Shown here piece after piece: positions 15,873-46,746 of a DNA stretch of 64,000 nt (the first letter of the stretch is position 1; every line of letters starts with the position of its first letter). The notes beneath the pieces were generated by a model. That model did no database searches and had not been told where the DNA came from. It saw only the letters and a list, made by a program, of their open reading frames with translations. A program made the position numbers and the translations under genes. The stretch lies in the NCBI RefSeq assembly GCF_009914755.1, contig NC_060925.1; one strand, written 5' to 3'. The stretch is from the human T2T-CHM13v2.0 reference genome, Homo sapiens.

Positions 15873-16730
15873 TGAGTTAAATTTTCAGTAAAAACTATGA
15901 AAGCTAAAAGACAGTGAATTTTAACTTAAAAGCACTTAAAGACAATAACTAACATCCAAGAATTCTACACCCAGTGACACTATCCTTCAGGAATGAAACA
16001 AAAATACAGTTTCAGAGAAAAAAAACCTGAGAGAATTTATCCCTAGAAGAATCACAGTAAAGAAAATACTGAAGAGAGTTATGGAGAAGGAAATGATTTC
16101 AGATGGAAACATAATAATTCAGGAAGAAATAAAGAGCAATGGAAAGGGTAAAACTCCAACAATATTTTGTGGATTAAAATTTATAGAAAATTTAAATATA
16201 TATGACAATAATTTTACCAAAAAAAGGAGTGGGGTCAATAGACATAAAGTTCTAAGGTCTTTGCATTGTCCAAATGTGGTAAAAGTACTAATTTTTATTA
16301 TACTTTAAAAAGTTAAGGATGCAGGCTGTAATCTAGAGTAACCATTGAAAGAACAGTAAGAGAAGATAAACTAATAAGCTAATAGATAAAGAAAACAGGA
16401 TTTGAAAAATTCAAAAGAAGGCAAGAAGGAGAGAAAAAGAAATACAGAATACAGAAACAATAAGATAGATTTTAAGCCCAAATATGTCAGTAATTACATT
16501 AAACATAGATGGACTAAAAAGTCCAATTAAAGAGGAAGATTGTCACACTGGATTTAAAAAACACACACACAACTATATGTTGATTATAATAAACACACCT
16601 TAAATATAAGGACACAGAAAGTTTGAAAGCAAAAGAATGAAAAAAATATAGATACAACACAAATTCAAAACAAAAGAAAGCAGATGTAGCATAAAGACTT
16701 TAATGTATAAAGCAAGATAAGAAGTGAATA

Positions 16731-16950
16731 ACCAGCCTGGCCAACATGGTAAAACCCCATCTCTAAGAATAAATACAAAAATTAACTGGGTGTGGTGGCA
16801 CATGCCTGTAGTCTCAGCTACTAGGGAGGCTGAGGTGGGAGGATCACTTGAGCCCAGGAGGTGGAAGTTCCAATGAGCTGAGATCACACGGTTGCACTCC
16901 AGCCTAGGCAACAGACTGAGAGCCTGTCTCAAAACAATAAAATAAAATAA
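16731..16950 (+). mobile_element. 5'-truncated AluJ-type SINE
   Basis: Starts at ACCAGCCTGGCCAACATGG and has an (AAAAT)n tail. Confidence 0.85.
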
Positions 16951-17692
16951 AATGGAATAAACAGAAATGTTTCATAATAATAATGGGGTCAGCTCACCAA
17001 GAAAATACAACAATATAAAATTTGTATGTACTTAATAACAAGACATCAGAATATAGAAAGCAAAAAAAATAAAAAAGTCATAACTAAAATAAGAAATAGA
17101 GAAATCCTTAATCAGAGTAGTAGAGTAGATTTCAATATACCTCTCTTGTTAACTAGAAAACTATCAGACAAAAAAATCAGTAGAGATATAAATGATTTGA
17201 ATGATGCAATAAATATTACTGAAATGTTACATATAGAACATTGCAACAATTGTTGTTGAATATACATTCTTTTCAAGTACACATGGAACATTTACCAAAA
17301 TTGACTATATGTTGGATCATAAAGCAACTCAATAAATTTAAAATGATTAAAATCAAACAGAGCATGTTCTCTGGCCACACTTAAATTAATTTAGAAATCA
17401 ATAATAAAAAAGGTAACTAGAATATCCCTGAATGTTTGGAAATTAGCAACATACTTCTAAATACCTAATGGATTAAATAAATCACAATATACAGGAAAAG
17501 ATATTTTGGACTAAATAATGTTAAGAATAGCTAAGCTTGCAAGATGCAACAAAAACTGCCATTAGAGGAAAATTTATAGCCTTAAAATTGAAAATGTGTC
17601 AATTGAACCATAGAATATATATAGAAATAATGACATAGTTCAAAAAAGAAAGCCTGAAAATAGTGATGTAAGTATCCATCTCAAGAAGTTAG

Positions 17693-17694
<2 letters not shown>

Positions 17695-17729
<35 letters not shown>
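17695..17729. repeat. (CA)n microsatellite
   Basis: About 17 uninterrupted AC units. Confidence 0.97.
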
Positions 17730-17734
<5 letters not shown>

Positions 17735-18519
17735 AATTAAACACAGAAAGTAGAAAGAAAGGAAATGATAAAGATAGGAGTAGACGTACTGTGAGTTAAA
17801 TAAAAAATGAAAATAAAAAATAAAGATAAGAGTAGAAACAAATAAAATAGAAAACAGGTTTATAACAGAGACTCAATAAAGGCACAAATTGGTTTTTGGA
17901 AACGACTGATAGAAAAACTGATAAAACTGATCTAGAATAAAAGAGAGGAGGCACAAATAAAGTCAGAACCAGAAAGGGGACATAGCTATAGATCCTGTTT
18001 AAGAGTAGTAAGAATTATAGATATTTGGGTTTTATTCCCAGAGTTACATATTGAATTGGCGTGGGATACAGCCTGGGCATAGAGGTTTTCAAAAGGACCT
18101 TGGAAATCTAATGTGCAGCTGATTTTGAGAACATCGGCTGTAGGGTGATCTGGTTGGGCCATTGTTGGAGAACGCCTGATGTTGGTATATTTGGTTTTTT
18201 TCTTTTCTCTTAAGCTGTTCAAATTCCCCTGTGAAAAACCTTCCATTTTCCTGCCTAAAGGATATAACCCTGGTTGATAACTTTCTGATAACTGAGCAGA
18301 GGAGGAGGATTGAGGGGTCTTAACATTTAACAAATAAGCATTCCCTTTATCCTGTTTTCAGAACAATAACCTTAATCTCAACTGTATCTGATCCCAAACT
18401 AGAGGCCCTAAGTCTTACTTTCTTCATAGACTAGGCCTAAGTCTTTCTCTGGAGCAGGAGAGGAGCCAACACAAGGCCTCACAGTATGGAGAAAGGGGAT
18501 GGATACTCATGCTGTTTCT

Positions 18520-18970
18520 TTTTTGTTTAAAAAAAATCATGTTCGATTCAAGGGGTGGGTACATGTCAGGTTTGTTACATTGTCATATTGCACAATGCAA
18601 GGTTTGTGCTTCTATTGATCTGTCTATTGATAGCGAACATAGTATCCAATAGGAAGTTTTTCAGCCCTTGCCCCTCCTGCCTACCTCCCCACTTTTGGAG
18701 TTCCCAATGTCTATTGTTCCCATCTTTAAATCCATGTGTACCCAATGTTTAGCTTTCACTTATAAGTGAGAACATTCAATATTTGATTTTCTGTTTTTGT
18801 GTTAATTCACTTAGGATAATAGCTTACCGTTGCATTCATGTTGCTGCAAGGACATGATTTTGTTCTTTTTTATTGCTGCATAGTATTCCATGGTGTATAT
18901 ATACCACATTTTTGTTATCTAGTTCCCTGTTGATGGGCACCTAGGTTGATTCCATGACTTTGCTATTGTT
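18520..18970 (-). mobile_element. L1PA/L1PB 3' end
   Basis: GTACCCAATGTTTAGCTTTCACTTATAAGTGAGAACAT...TAGTATTCCATGGTGTATATATACCACATT. Confidence 0.85.
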
Positions 18971-19049
18971 TGCAATTATTATTATAGCACACCCTTCAGT
19001 TTAGTTAGGCCTCCTCCCCCTCCTCACCCTCTTCCTCCTCCTTTTTGTT

Positions 19050-22565
<3,516 letters not shown>

Positions 22566-22607
22566 AAAGTTGCTTTCATTTTTGAATGTTGGGCTTTTAC
22601 TGAGCTA

Positions 22608-22929
<322 letters not shown>

Positions 22930-23229
22930 TTTTTTTTTTTTTTTTTTGAGACAGAGTCTCACTTTGTCACCCAGGCTGGAGTGCTGTGGCACAATCTCCG
23001 GGGGCCGCCACCTCCTGGGCTCAAGCGATTTCCCACCTCAGCCCTCCAAATAGCTGGGACTACAGGCATATGCCACTACACCTGGCTATTTTTAATTTTT
23101 TGTATTTTTGGTAGAGACAGGGTTTCACCATGTTGCCCAGGCTTGTCTCAAACACCTGAGCTCAAGCGATCCTCCTGCCTTAGCCTCCCAAAATGCCATG
23201 ATTGCAGGCGTGAGCCACCACACCTGGTC
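22930..23229 (-). mobile_element. AluJ-type SINE, probable host of the AluYb8
   Basis: Diverged reverse Alu whose T tail abuts the head of the Yb8 element. Confidence 0.88.
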
Positions 23230-23637
23230 TCAGATACCTAATTTAATTATCTTATTAGTCATCGTAATTTTTAATGGATTCTTTTGGTGTTTCTGTGTAG
23301 ACAATATTGTCCAGAAGTAGTGATTATTTTGTCCCTTCCAATTTCGCTTTTGCTCTCTTTCGTTCTTACGTCATTGTCTGCGATCAACAGTAAAACTTAG
23401 CAGTGATTTCCTTGTCTTGTTCACTCCATTTATTTAGCAGAATTTATTGAACCCCCATTATGTATTAGGCATAGTTTTACCTGCTGAGGATACAGCTGTG
23501 AAAAAAATAGTCAGAGTACCTGCCCTGATGAAAATTGTACTTTGGTTTGGAGAAGAAAAAGACAGAAAAAATAAATGAGCATATAATTTCAGGTAGTATA
23601 ATAAAGAAAAATCAAGCAGAGGAAGGAGAAGGACAGT

Positions 23638-24061
23638 TGTATTCCTTCATTTTGTGTTGCTATAAAGGAACTTTAACCTAAGGTTGAGTAATTTATCAAG
23701 AAAAGAAGTTTATTTGGCTCATGGTTCTGCAGGCTATATAAGAAGCATACCATCAGCATCAGCTTCTGGCGAAGGCTTCAGGAAGCTTCCACTCATAGCA
23801 GAAGGTAAAGGGGCAGCAGGCCTGTCACATGGTGAGACAGGGAGCAAGAGCGAGAGGAGGAGGTGCCACGCTCTTTTAAACACCCAGCTTTCACGAGAAC
23901 TAAGAGAGTGAGAACTCAGTCATCACTGAGGGGATGGACCCCAGCCATTCATGAAGGATCTGCCCCCATGGCCCAAACACCTCCCACCAGGCCCTGACTT
24001 CAACTTTGGGGATCCAATTTTGACATGAGATTTGAAGGGGACAAATATCCAAACTATATCA
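23638..24061 (-). mobile_element. MaLR MSTA/MSTB-type LTR
   Basis: TGTATT...GTTGCTATAAAGGAA...TTTGGCTCATGGTTCTGCAGGCT...GGGGACAAATATCCAAACTATATCA. Strand is by recalled convention. Confidence 0.8.
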
Positions 24062-24079
24062 ACATTATATCAATTTTCT

Positions 24080-30060
<5,981 letters not shown>

Positions 30061-30299
30061 TTTGGCACTCTAATGCTAACTTAAAAAGCCACCCCAAACC
30101 TCAGTTGGCATACAACAATCCACAGGTGGCTCACAAGTCTGTGGGGTTCAGCTAATCTGGGTTGGGCTTCCTTATGTGTCTGCAATTAGCTGTTAGCTGT
30201 GGGTTGTCTGAAGGCTCAGATGATCTTAACTAGGCTTGCTCACATGTCTGAGGTTCAGCTGGCTATAGACTGATCTAAGATGGCCTCAGCTAGAACAAT

Positions 30300-33810
<3,511 letters not shown>

Positions 33811-34918
33811 TTATGTGTATATATTTGTGTAACCACCACCAAAATCAAGATAAAGAACAGCTTCATCATTGCAAGGCTCCCTTGTGCTACCCCTTTATAG
33901 CCACAACCAGTCCCCCTTCCCCTCATTCCTAATTCTTGACAACAATTAACGTGTTCTCCATCTCTATAATTTTGTTATTTAAGTAATGTTATATAAATGA
34001 AATAATACTGTATGTAGCCTTTTGAGATAGGCTTTTTTTTTTTAACTCAGCATAATTCCCATGAGATTCATCTAGATTGTTACACGTATTAATAGCCCAT
34101 TCCTTTTTATGACTGAATCCTAGTCCATGGTATGGATATACCAGTTTGCTTAACCACTCGCCCATTGAAGTATACTTGGGCTATTTTCAGTTTTGAGATG
34201 TTATGAATAAAGTGGCTATAAACATCTGAGCATAGGTTTTGGGTGACTATAACTTTTCATATCTCTGGGATAAATGCCCAAGAATGTAATTGCTGATTTT
34301 ATTCTTTTTTAGAGAGTACCTTGGATCATCTTGGCTCTTTGCTCTTTCACATATATTTTAGAATTGGCTTGTCAAAATTATGAAAAACACTTTAAAGTTT
34401 TGATAGAAATGGCACTGAATCTATGAGACATTTGGGTGAGAATTTAGGATATTGAGACTTTCTAGCCATTGATAATATTTCTCTCTTTTTACTTAATTCT
34501 TCTTAATGTATTTCAATAAAGCATCATGATCTTCTTTGTATCAGTACTGCAATTATTCCCAGGTGCCCATACCAGTCAGGAAAGACTGGTTGTGTTATGG
34601 CAATAAAACAACCAAAAAAGTTTATTTCTTCCTCATGCTACATGTTCATCATGAGTCAGGGGGCTCTATTCCACATTTTAATTTTTTTCTATCTGTTTTT
34701 TCACCTTCTAAAATCCTTAGAATGTTCCACATTTTCATCATTCTTACTTTGAGGCTCAGCCTGAAAGGGAAGCTACTGTAGAACATTGCCAGTTGTGGAG
34801 GGAAAAGGGAACTTGGAGAAGCATGCACTGGCTCTTAGGCTTCTGGCTGGGAGTCTGTCACTTCTGCTCACTCTGCATTGGCTAAAGCAAGTCTAAGGCT
34901 AGCACTTCTCATATCATG

Positions 34919-34960
<42 letters not shown>

Positions 34961-34966
34961 CGTGCG
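34919..34966. repeat. Compound (CT)n(GT)n microsatellite
   Basis: About 12 TC units directly followed by about 9 TG units and GCGT units. Confidence 0.95.
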
Positions 34967-35910
34967 TTTCTGTCTCTATCTCTCTCCACACGTACACACA
35001 CCCTCTCCAAGCATCTTGGGAGACCTGAGCCAACACATAAGAAGTCTAGCTACCCTGAAGCCACCATACTAGAGAGATCATGTGTAAAGACCTCACAGAA
35101 ATAGCGAGAGATGCCTCCAAAACTGAGCTGGCAAGTATTCTCTCTTTTTCTATCGTCCACAAAAACTCCTATAAGATTGGAATGATCTTCTCCTTGAAAA
35201 TTTCATATAACTCACCTGGAAAATATCAGGGCTTGGTATTTTCTTTGCGGGAACACTTTAAATACTGATTGAATTTCTTTAATTATTATAGAGTTATTCA
35301 TTCTGCCTTTCTAGTCTTGAATCTGTTTTGGTAAATTATATTTTCTAGGACGTTTTCCATATCATCTAAGTTTTGAATTATTAGCATTGATTTGTTTATA
35401 CTTTTATGTTTAAATGTTCACTATAACCATAGTTATAGATTTTTATCTCGTTTTCAGTTTTCAGTATTGCTTATCTGTACATGCTGTTTATCTCTGTCTC
35501 TTAAATTTTTCCAGAAGTCTTTCAACTTCAAAGAATCAATTTTGGCTTTGTTGATCCTCCGTTTTCAGTTTCATTACTTTCTCTACTTATTGTTATTTTT
35601 TTCTTCCTACTACTTTCCTCATGTTTATTCTGCTGTTCTTTTTCTGATTTCCCAAGTTGGAGATTTAGCTCATTATTTTTATTCTCTCTACTTTTTAAAT
35701 TATAAGCATTTAAAGTTATTAATTTCCAACCTTTTCGGTGTTGAAGTCTTAATTTCGGCAATTTTGTTTTTTATTTCTACAATTTATGTTTGACATTTTT
35801 TCATATCAAGGTCATTTTTATAGTCTTGTTCCTCTATCATGTTTTAAAATCTTCTTAAAAACCTGTCAATTCCTCATTTGTTTTACTTCATATGGTCACG
35901 TCAATGCTGA

Positions 35911-36265
<355 letters not shown>

Positions 36266-38114
36266 CTCTCTGCTGACTTTCTCACATGGTGTCTTTTCCT
36301 CATATGTATCCTGTAATTTTCATTGTGATCTCATGTTTGTTGGAACTGCACCTGTGAATAATCTTCAAAATTTACATTAAAGGTGTATTCCATTAGAAAG
36401 GATTTGTTTTTCCTCTGCTAAGTACATTAGGGACACACCAAACTTGGGACCACTTTACATTCTTGGCTTGGAATTGTTTTGACCAAACAGGTAGCATGAA
36501 TTTTGGCACCAATGCTTTGTGAAGGACAACTTAATGCTTATGAGTTATTTTGGGGGAGATTTTATTTCATTTTATTCAGAGGTATGTCCTTCTCCTTTAT
36601 GAGACAGGCTTTTCTTTCTAGTTCATTCTTTCACTGAGAGGATAGCCCTTTGGGGGCCCTGACTTTATGGAAGATTTTACAACCAATTCTCCAGCTTGCA
36701 AGGGCACTAAGCTTTGCCTTTTGGTTTATAAAATAGTTGATAGTGATAGGTTACTGGGGCTCATAAGATGCCCATTGGAAAGCTGCTGGATTCAGTGCTC
36801 ATTCACCCACTGGATTTGTGCTGTTGATTTATTTTGGACTCTGAGGAATTCCCTTACTCTTTGCCAGCTCAGCTATGCATAAAAAGAGATTTTTAAAAAG
36901 ATTTTATTCAGTACTTTAAGGAGTTTTTTTAGTAGGAGGGTTTTTTGTTTTGTTATGTTTTTAATGATAACTTGTCTTCTACGTTGCCAGAATGGAAGTC
37001 CCATTTATTCTTCAACCCACTCCAGTCTAGTTTCTATCTCTACCACTTCATTAAAACTGCTCTTGTTGAAGCTATCAACCATCTCCATGTTGCCGTATTC
37101 AGTGAACCTTTCAGTGTCTTTACCTTATTTAACCTATTCAGCACATTTTATCACACCCTTTTTCTTGAAACATTCAAAAAGTGGTTGCAAATGATATTAA
37201 AATTCTCTTTATGGCTTCAAAACATATTGTTTATTTCACTGCATCATGATGCATCAACATTGATACTGAATACGTATGTATATTAAGTATTTATTTAATA
37301 ACATTGGAATCAATATAATTCATGATAAAAGTATTTTCAAAATCTTTAGGTTCCTTATGTGACATCTGACATTTACTCATACAAAATGAGATCAAAACAA
37401 TATACTGAGGTTAGAATAAATATATAACTAACTTTCAGTTTATTATGAACATATCTATTCTGTGAATAGAATATTCACAGAATATTATGATGTAATACCT
37501 ATTATGTAATACTATTAGGATGTGATACCTCTCCTTATAGTAATAATCATCCTGAACCATCAGTAAGTCATTAATATGTCATTACTAGAAAAGAATAAGT
37601 TTTTGGTGAGGATATCAATTAATAAGCATGGCTAGCCACTGCAGATAATAAACTTAAAATTCCTTAGGTTGGCATTCAGGTCTTAACTTATTCCTCCAGC
37701 CTTATTACTCCCAAGAAAAGTTTACCTTTCCCAACAATATGGTCTAGTTCTGCTCTGAATATGCTTATCTGCTTTTAAAAAATTATTCATAGAGATGGGG
37801 GCTCACTATGTCACCCAAAGGGAAGATCACCTGAGGTCAGTAGAGTGCAGTGGCACAATTATAGCTCACTGTAGCCTTGAACACTGGGCTCAAGCAAGCC
37901 TCTTGCCTCAGTCTTCCAAAACACTGGGATTACAAGAGTGAGCCACCACGCCTGGCCTGCTAATTTACTTTTCTACCTATGCATCTTCATTTATGTGCTT
38001 CCCTTCCATACTCCCCTCTACTTTTCTCTAATTCTGCCCAATTTTTCATTCTTTCAAATTGTACCTGTTAAATTCCTCCACCTTCAGGAAACCTTCCAGG
38101 CCATTTTAATAGTC

Positions 38115-38615
38115 ATAGGAAGCTCCTGGCCTAGCTCCTAATTGTCACCACCTCTGGTATTAGTGCTCTTGTATAATCCTGTCCCCCTGAGTGTGGGCTG
38201 GACCTAGTGACTTGCTTCTGTAAGCAAATAGAATACAACAGAAGTAATGAGATGTCACTTCCACGACTCCTATCTTGCTAGTACTCTCTCTCTTGCTGGC
38301 ACTCTCTCACCCCTTTTGCTCACTCTAATATCATGAGATGCTTCACAGACAGGCTTACCTGGCTATGACCTGAAGGAGGCCTCAGTACAACAACTCTTGG
38401 GGAACTGAATCCTGCCAATAACCATGCAAATGAGCATGAACGCAGATCCTTTCCAGCTGGGTCTTCCAATGAGATCACTGCCTCAGCCAACACCTTGATT
38501 GCAGCCTTGTGACAGACTCTGAAGCAGGGCACCCAGTTAAGCCATGCCTGAACTGTGAGGTAATAAGTATACATTATTTTTAGCCACTACACAGCAATAG
38601 ATAATGAGAACACCA
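38115..38615 (+). mobile_element. MaLR MLT1E/F-type LTR
   Basis: GTGTGGGCTGGACCTAGTGACTTGCTTCT...GGAACTGAATCCTGCCAATAACCA...CAGCAATAGATAA. Confidence 0.75.
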
Positions 38616-39017
38616 ATGTATATTGAACATCCCTTCCTTCAAACTCTAAGAACTGATTATCCTTACTGTTCGTTATTATTACAAAAGATATACATGTGCA
38701 TGGTGAAAAACTCAAACAGTACAAATGATATAAAGTGAACAGTAAAAGCCTTCCCTCAACTTCTTTCTGCTTACCCTCTAGAATAGGCATTATCAATCAT
38801 TTCATAGATATCCTTCAGAAGTGTTTTAACACAAGTAGGATCACACTATACATACTGTCCTACAATTTATTTCACTTAACACTTCATCTTTCCATATAGA
38901 TCTATAACACTTTTTGAAATACAAATTATATTCATTGCTTTTTTCTGCTTATGAAAACAATACATGGTCTTAGTCGAAAATTTGACATATACAGAAAAGC
39001 ATTAAAAAATTGTGCCT

Positions 39018-39440
<423 letters not shown>

Positions 39441-40284
39441 TTATATGAAAAATCCACTTTTTAGGAAAAATAAAAACACCTAATGCAGGAGAAATAATGA
39501 TAGCTATTGCCTATCATAGATTTGAACTTAATGCAAATGGTTCTAATGCATCAGTCAAAGTATTCCCTTATCACTCTTGTATTTAGCCAGAGTAGATTAA
39601 AGCCAGTTGTTATTGTGTACTTGGTTTCCAGTTTCTCTTAATGTCCCAAAGGTAAAAAACACAACTCTTCTTAGAGTATTTGGAAAAAGATTTAAGCTAA
39701 TTTGGTTGCTGGCAGCAGATATTCTCCAGTGCATTTTTATTCCAGGAAGAACCATTTAGTCTATATTCTACTAGAAGTAATGTAGTTATCACAGGGAAGA
39801 ACCTATTTTACCTAATGGCATATTTAATAAAAGTGAAGCCCACTTTATATAACTGTCTTCCCATCTCAAGAATCAAGGATGTGCGCAATGAGAGTTTGAC
39901 CTGTTCACAGTTTCATGAACTTCTTAAAGATCAACCCCGATCTGAGCAGTTGTACATGGCTTTAGGGAGGCCAGCCAAGTCCCTGCTCAGTGAATGCTAT
40001 TGGTGATCAGAAATGCCAGGAGAGGAAGACTTCCCTTGTGCTCACATCTCTTGGCCGGTTTGCTATCCTGAGAATCCCTTTCGTCATATGCTTTTCCATG
40101 ACTTCATAATAAATGGGTAAAACACTGAATTATATTAGCATAAAAACTGTAGGTATATTTCAATCTATCTTTCAGTTTATTTCTTGTCCCCCACCCCCTG
40201 TTAATATTTATGTCCAATTTTCAAACTGGCAAGAGACCTTGAGTAGCTGAAAGTAGATTTCTAAATGACACTCAAAACTAAAAG

Positions 40285-40480
40285 GGCAGTGTGGAGTTGC
40301 CAAAGGCCTGGTGGCCTAAAATCAGGCCTTTGAGTCCTGACTCTCCTGGGTGACATCTTTATGACCCTCCTGGGTCATGTCCTGAAACCACCTGAGCTTC
40401 AGTTTCCCCATCTATAAAACTGGTCTAGTAATATCTTTCTTGCTCACTTCATAGGGTTGTTATGAGGATTAAATAAATAG
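40285..40480 (+). mobile_element. MIR SINE
   Basis: CTGAGCTTCAGTTTCCCCATCTATAAAA...ATAGGGTTGTTATGAGGATTAAAT. Confidence 0.8.
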
Positions 40481-41823
40481 AAAAGGGCTTTGGAAATGGA
40501 AAAGGGTGAGATAAAAATGTTGCTTATTACCCACATAGCATTCTGAACTGTTTCTGAAAATTTCCTTTATTCTTTAGAATTTATACACCTAATACCATTT
40601 GTATAAGGCTCAGTTACTTCTGTGCAAATTCAGTAGAGCAGCTTCCTTACTTAGTTTCTAAGTAAACAACAAGAGCAACAAATGTACAATTTTAGATATC
40701 TAAGGGTAATGTGCTTCCCTTATGCGTTTGGAACTCTGTTTTAAGCCAAAGGCCTTCCTTGTTGCCTGCTGTTCATGATAAGCTACATGTTAACAAATAG
40801 CACACCACTTCCTGGACAGAAATCTTTTAGTGATCTGCTCTTTTTCCTGGGTGTTGGCATTTTCTTCACAACCCACCTTGGAGTTTGAGATCAGTGCTTC
40901 CCTGGGCACGGATTACAGCTTTGGCATCCACTAGGGGCTGGAGTTGCAGTCCTGCTGTCTTTGAGGAAAGGAGCCAGGGAACCAGCTCAATATGCTATTC
41001 AGCCACTTGGCTGCCACCCTGGATGGTATGGTTCTTTTATTATGTGCTAGAATCCCAAAGTGGCTGGGCATTTGGCCCAAAGATAAAACAGGCCATTTTG
41101 TTAATAGCTGTGTTTCAGCCCATCAGCTTGGGAAGGAGAATCAAGGCTTTAAGATACCATTTACAATAGCGAATCAATATTCATTATATATAGGAATAAA
41201 GAAATCTCAGTCCTCTGTGAAGAAAATTATAAAACTATTCAATGACAATTTAAAAAAAACTTAAAAAAAGATGAAATATGATCATGGATAGGATGATTCA
41301 CTCTCATGTCAGCTGCAATCCCAATATAATTCCTTTCTCCCTCTCCTTGGCCCCCTATTTCTACTCAAAACGCTAAAGTCCTGTTGGTTCTGCTTCATTT
41401 TTTTCCATCAGCCCACTTACCTCCCATTCTAATTTATTTTGAGTCAGGTTTATTTCTTTCTGAATTACTGAGTCTAATTTCTTTAGATTCATGTGTATTT
41501 CTTTTTGAATTACTGAATCAGCCGCTAACTGTTCTTTCCAACCCATTGTTCCACCACTGCAGCCAGCTTTAACTTTTGAAATGCTCATCTGAGCACAAGT
41601 CACTTCCTGTCCACCACCCTCCAGTGACTTGGCATCACCCTTAGAATAGAGCCCAAATTCCACAGCAAGAGATCCCAGGCCTCTTCTCAGGGCCCTCTCC
41701 ACTTCCACTGCAGCTTTCCCCAGAATGAAGTACTTTACTTCCCCAGGAGGACCCTGCTCCTTTTGCTAGAAACACTTCTTCCTGCCTGTAGGAAAACAGA
41801 CTGTTGCATGGCAAGAGCAATAG

Positions 41824-42304
41824 TGAAATAGGAGGTGGGACTTGACTCGGGAGTTGGGGCTCAGACACCAGACCACATTGAGGACGCTAAAACAGGGTGG
41901 GACAAAAGCAGCTTCCCACAAGACACACCCATCAGTGTGCCATGTCAGTTTACCAGTGCCATGGCAGCATCTAGAAGTTACTGCCCATTTCCATGGCAAT
42001 GACTCAATGACCTGGAAGTTAACTTTTCTTGGAAATTTGTGCATAAACCACCCCTTAATTTGCATGTAATTAAAAGTGGGTATAAATGCCACTGCTGAGC
42101 TGCCTCTGAGCTGCTAGTTTGAGCCCACTGCCTATAGGATGTCCCTGCTCTGCAAGGAGCAGTACCTGTGCTACTGCTGTATGTGGCCACTTCAATAAAA
42201 GCTGCTGTTTAACACCACGGGCTCATCCTTGAATTCTTTCCTGGGTAAAGCCAAGAACCCTCAAGGGCTAAGCCCCAGTTTTGGGGCTCTCCTGTCCTGT
42301 ATCA
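41824..42304 (+). mobile_element. ERV1 solo LTR (MER41D/E-like)
   Basis: TG...CA termini with flanks ATAG/ATAC. TATAAAT at 42081 and AATAAA at 42194. U5 GAATTCTTTCCTGGGTAAAGCCAAGAACCC is typical of the MER41 group. Confidence 0.7.
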
Positions 42305-42313
42305 ATACCATCG

Positions 42314-43312
<999 letters not shown>

Positions 43313-43629
43313 ACTGCCCCACTCTACCCCATCTGTTCACCTCTTCCCTTTGTCACCTGATTAATTACGTCTTGCTAATTATTCAGAACTACACTTGGCT
43401 TTAATCTCCGCTGATCTGCCAAAGCTCAATTAGTTGCTCTTCCTAATGGCCACAAGCCTCGATTTCCTTATCTGGCAAGGTGGAGATAATAATACGGATA
43501 CTATATGGCTTTGGTGTCTGCCTGGTAGTAGGTAGGGTGACCATACATGCTGGCTTATGTCTGTTTTCCCTAAGTATTGTCTGGTTACAGTCCTCTGAGA
43601 ATGGAAACCATCTTTAGCCACATCGTTTA

Positions 43630-44101
43630 ATAGGATTAAGAGCTAAGATGGAGTTAACATGTCTTCAATTCCAGGAAATTCTTGCCCAAGAAGATGAAGT
43701 GGCAAATTTATCGCAATATAGACAACTCAGCTGGCCTTCATCAGGTTAATAGCCTGCTTCTCAGAGCAGGAGGTCACTCAACTGGCTTATCAAAGGGCTG
43801 TTTACTCCTCAAGGCTGGCTTCAAAACCCTCGCCTCCCTGTATCCACCAATCCTAAACTATTATATTAATATCATGAATTTTGCTCAATCGCAGTCATCC
43901 CCCTGCCCCAGGCCCCTGCCTTGAAAGACCCACTTTAACCCAGACCCTCTAACCCATGTGAATATCCCACCCATGATCTCCTCCTGAGACACTACTAAGG
44001 CTGTCAAGGTAGTAGTCTTCCTTGCCCCATTAAACAATACATTTAGCTTTGCTGATAAACAAGTTTCTTCTATGATCTCTTTGGGGAAGGAGCAGCTGAC
44101 A
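43630..44101 (+). mobile_element. Old ERV1-like LTR (family uncertain)
   Basis: CCACCAATCCTAAACTA, CTGAGACACTACTAAGGCTGTCAAGGT and a TGACA terminus resemble MER90/MER110-group LTRs. Confidence 0.4.
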
Positions 44102-44272
44102 CATATTATACTCTCAAAAGTATATAGTTTGGATGATAAATTAAATGATTCCTATTGTTGTAAATTATATGTTAACATATTAATATGTAATATTTATTGT
44201 TCTCATTTAATCCTCACAATAATCCTATGAGCTAGGTATTATTATACTAGCACTGTACAGATATGAAAATTA

Positions 44273-46214
<1,942 letters not shown>

Positions 46215-46610
46215 TAAATATTTTTTACTTATATGAAAGGCCGAATTAGGTGTATATATAGAATTTAAGTTAATTGCATTTGCTCAAAGGATGGTATTTT
46301 GTGTTAAAATGAAATATCCTCCCAGAATTTTAAATCATGCAGCATGAACAGACATAAATGACAGCACCTATTTCTCAATGGGAGCTCTCACAGAGCGTCT
46401 GTTACAGCAAGAGAAATGAATTGGTTCCATGTTTTCTCCATTAGAAGACTATAATTAGAAACTGAGTCTTTGAATAGCATTTTTATCACCCTTAATTTTC
46501 AGTTTCTCATTTAAAAAATCCGTATATTTGTTGTTCTGTGAAAAATGTATTAATAGCTCTGCAAATGCTCCACTGCCCTTAGGAAAAAGATTGTATATTT
46601 AAATAGTCTT

Positions 46611-46746
46611 GGCTGGGCGTAGTGGCTCACACTTGTAATCCCAGCATTTTGGGAGGACACGGTGAGAGGATCACTTGAGCCCAGGAATTTGAGACCAGCC
46701 TGGGCAATATAGTGAGACTCTGCTTCTACAAAAAAAAAAAAAAAAA
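46611..46746 (+). mobile_element. Free left Alu monomer (FLAM-like)
   Basis: Single arm with poly-A. Confidence 0.85.
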
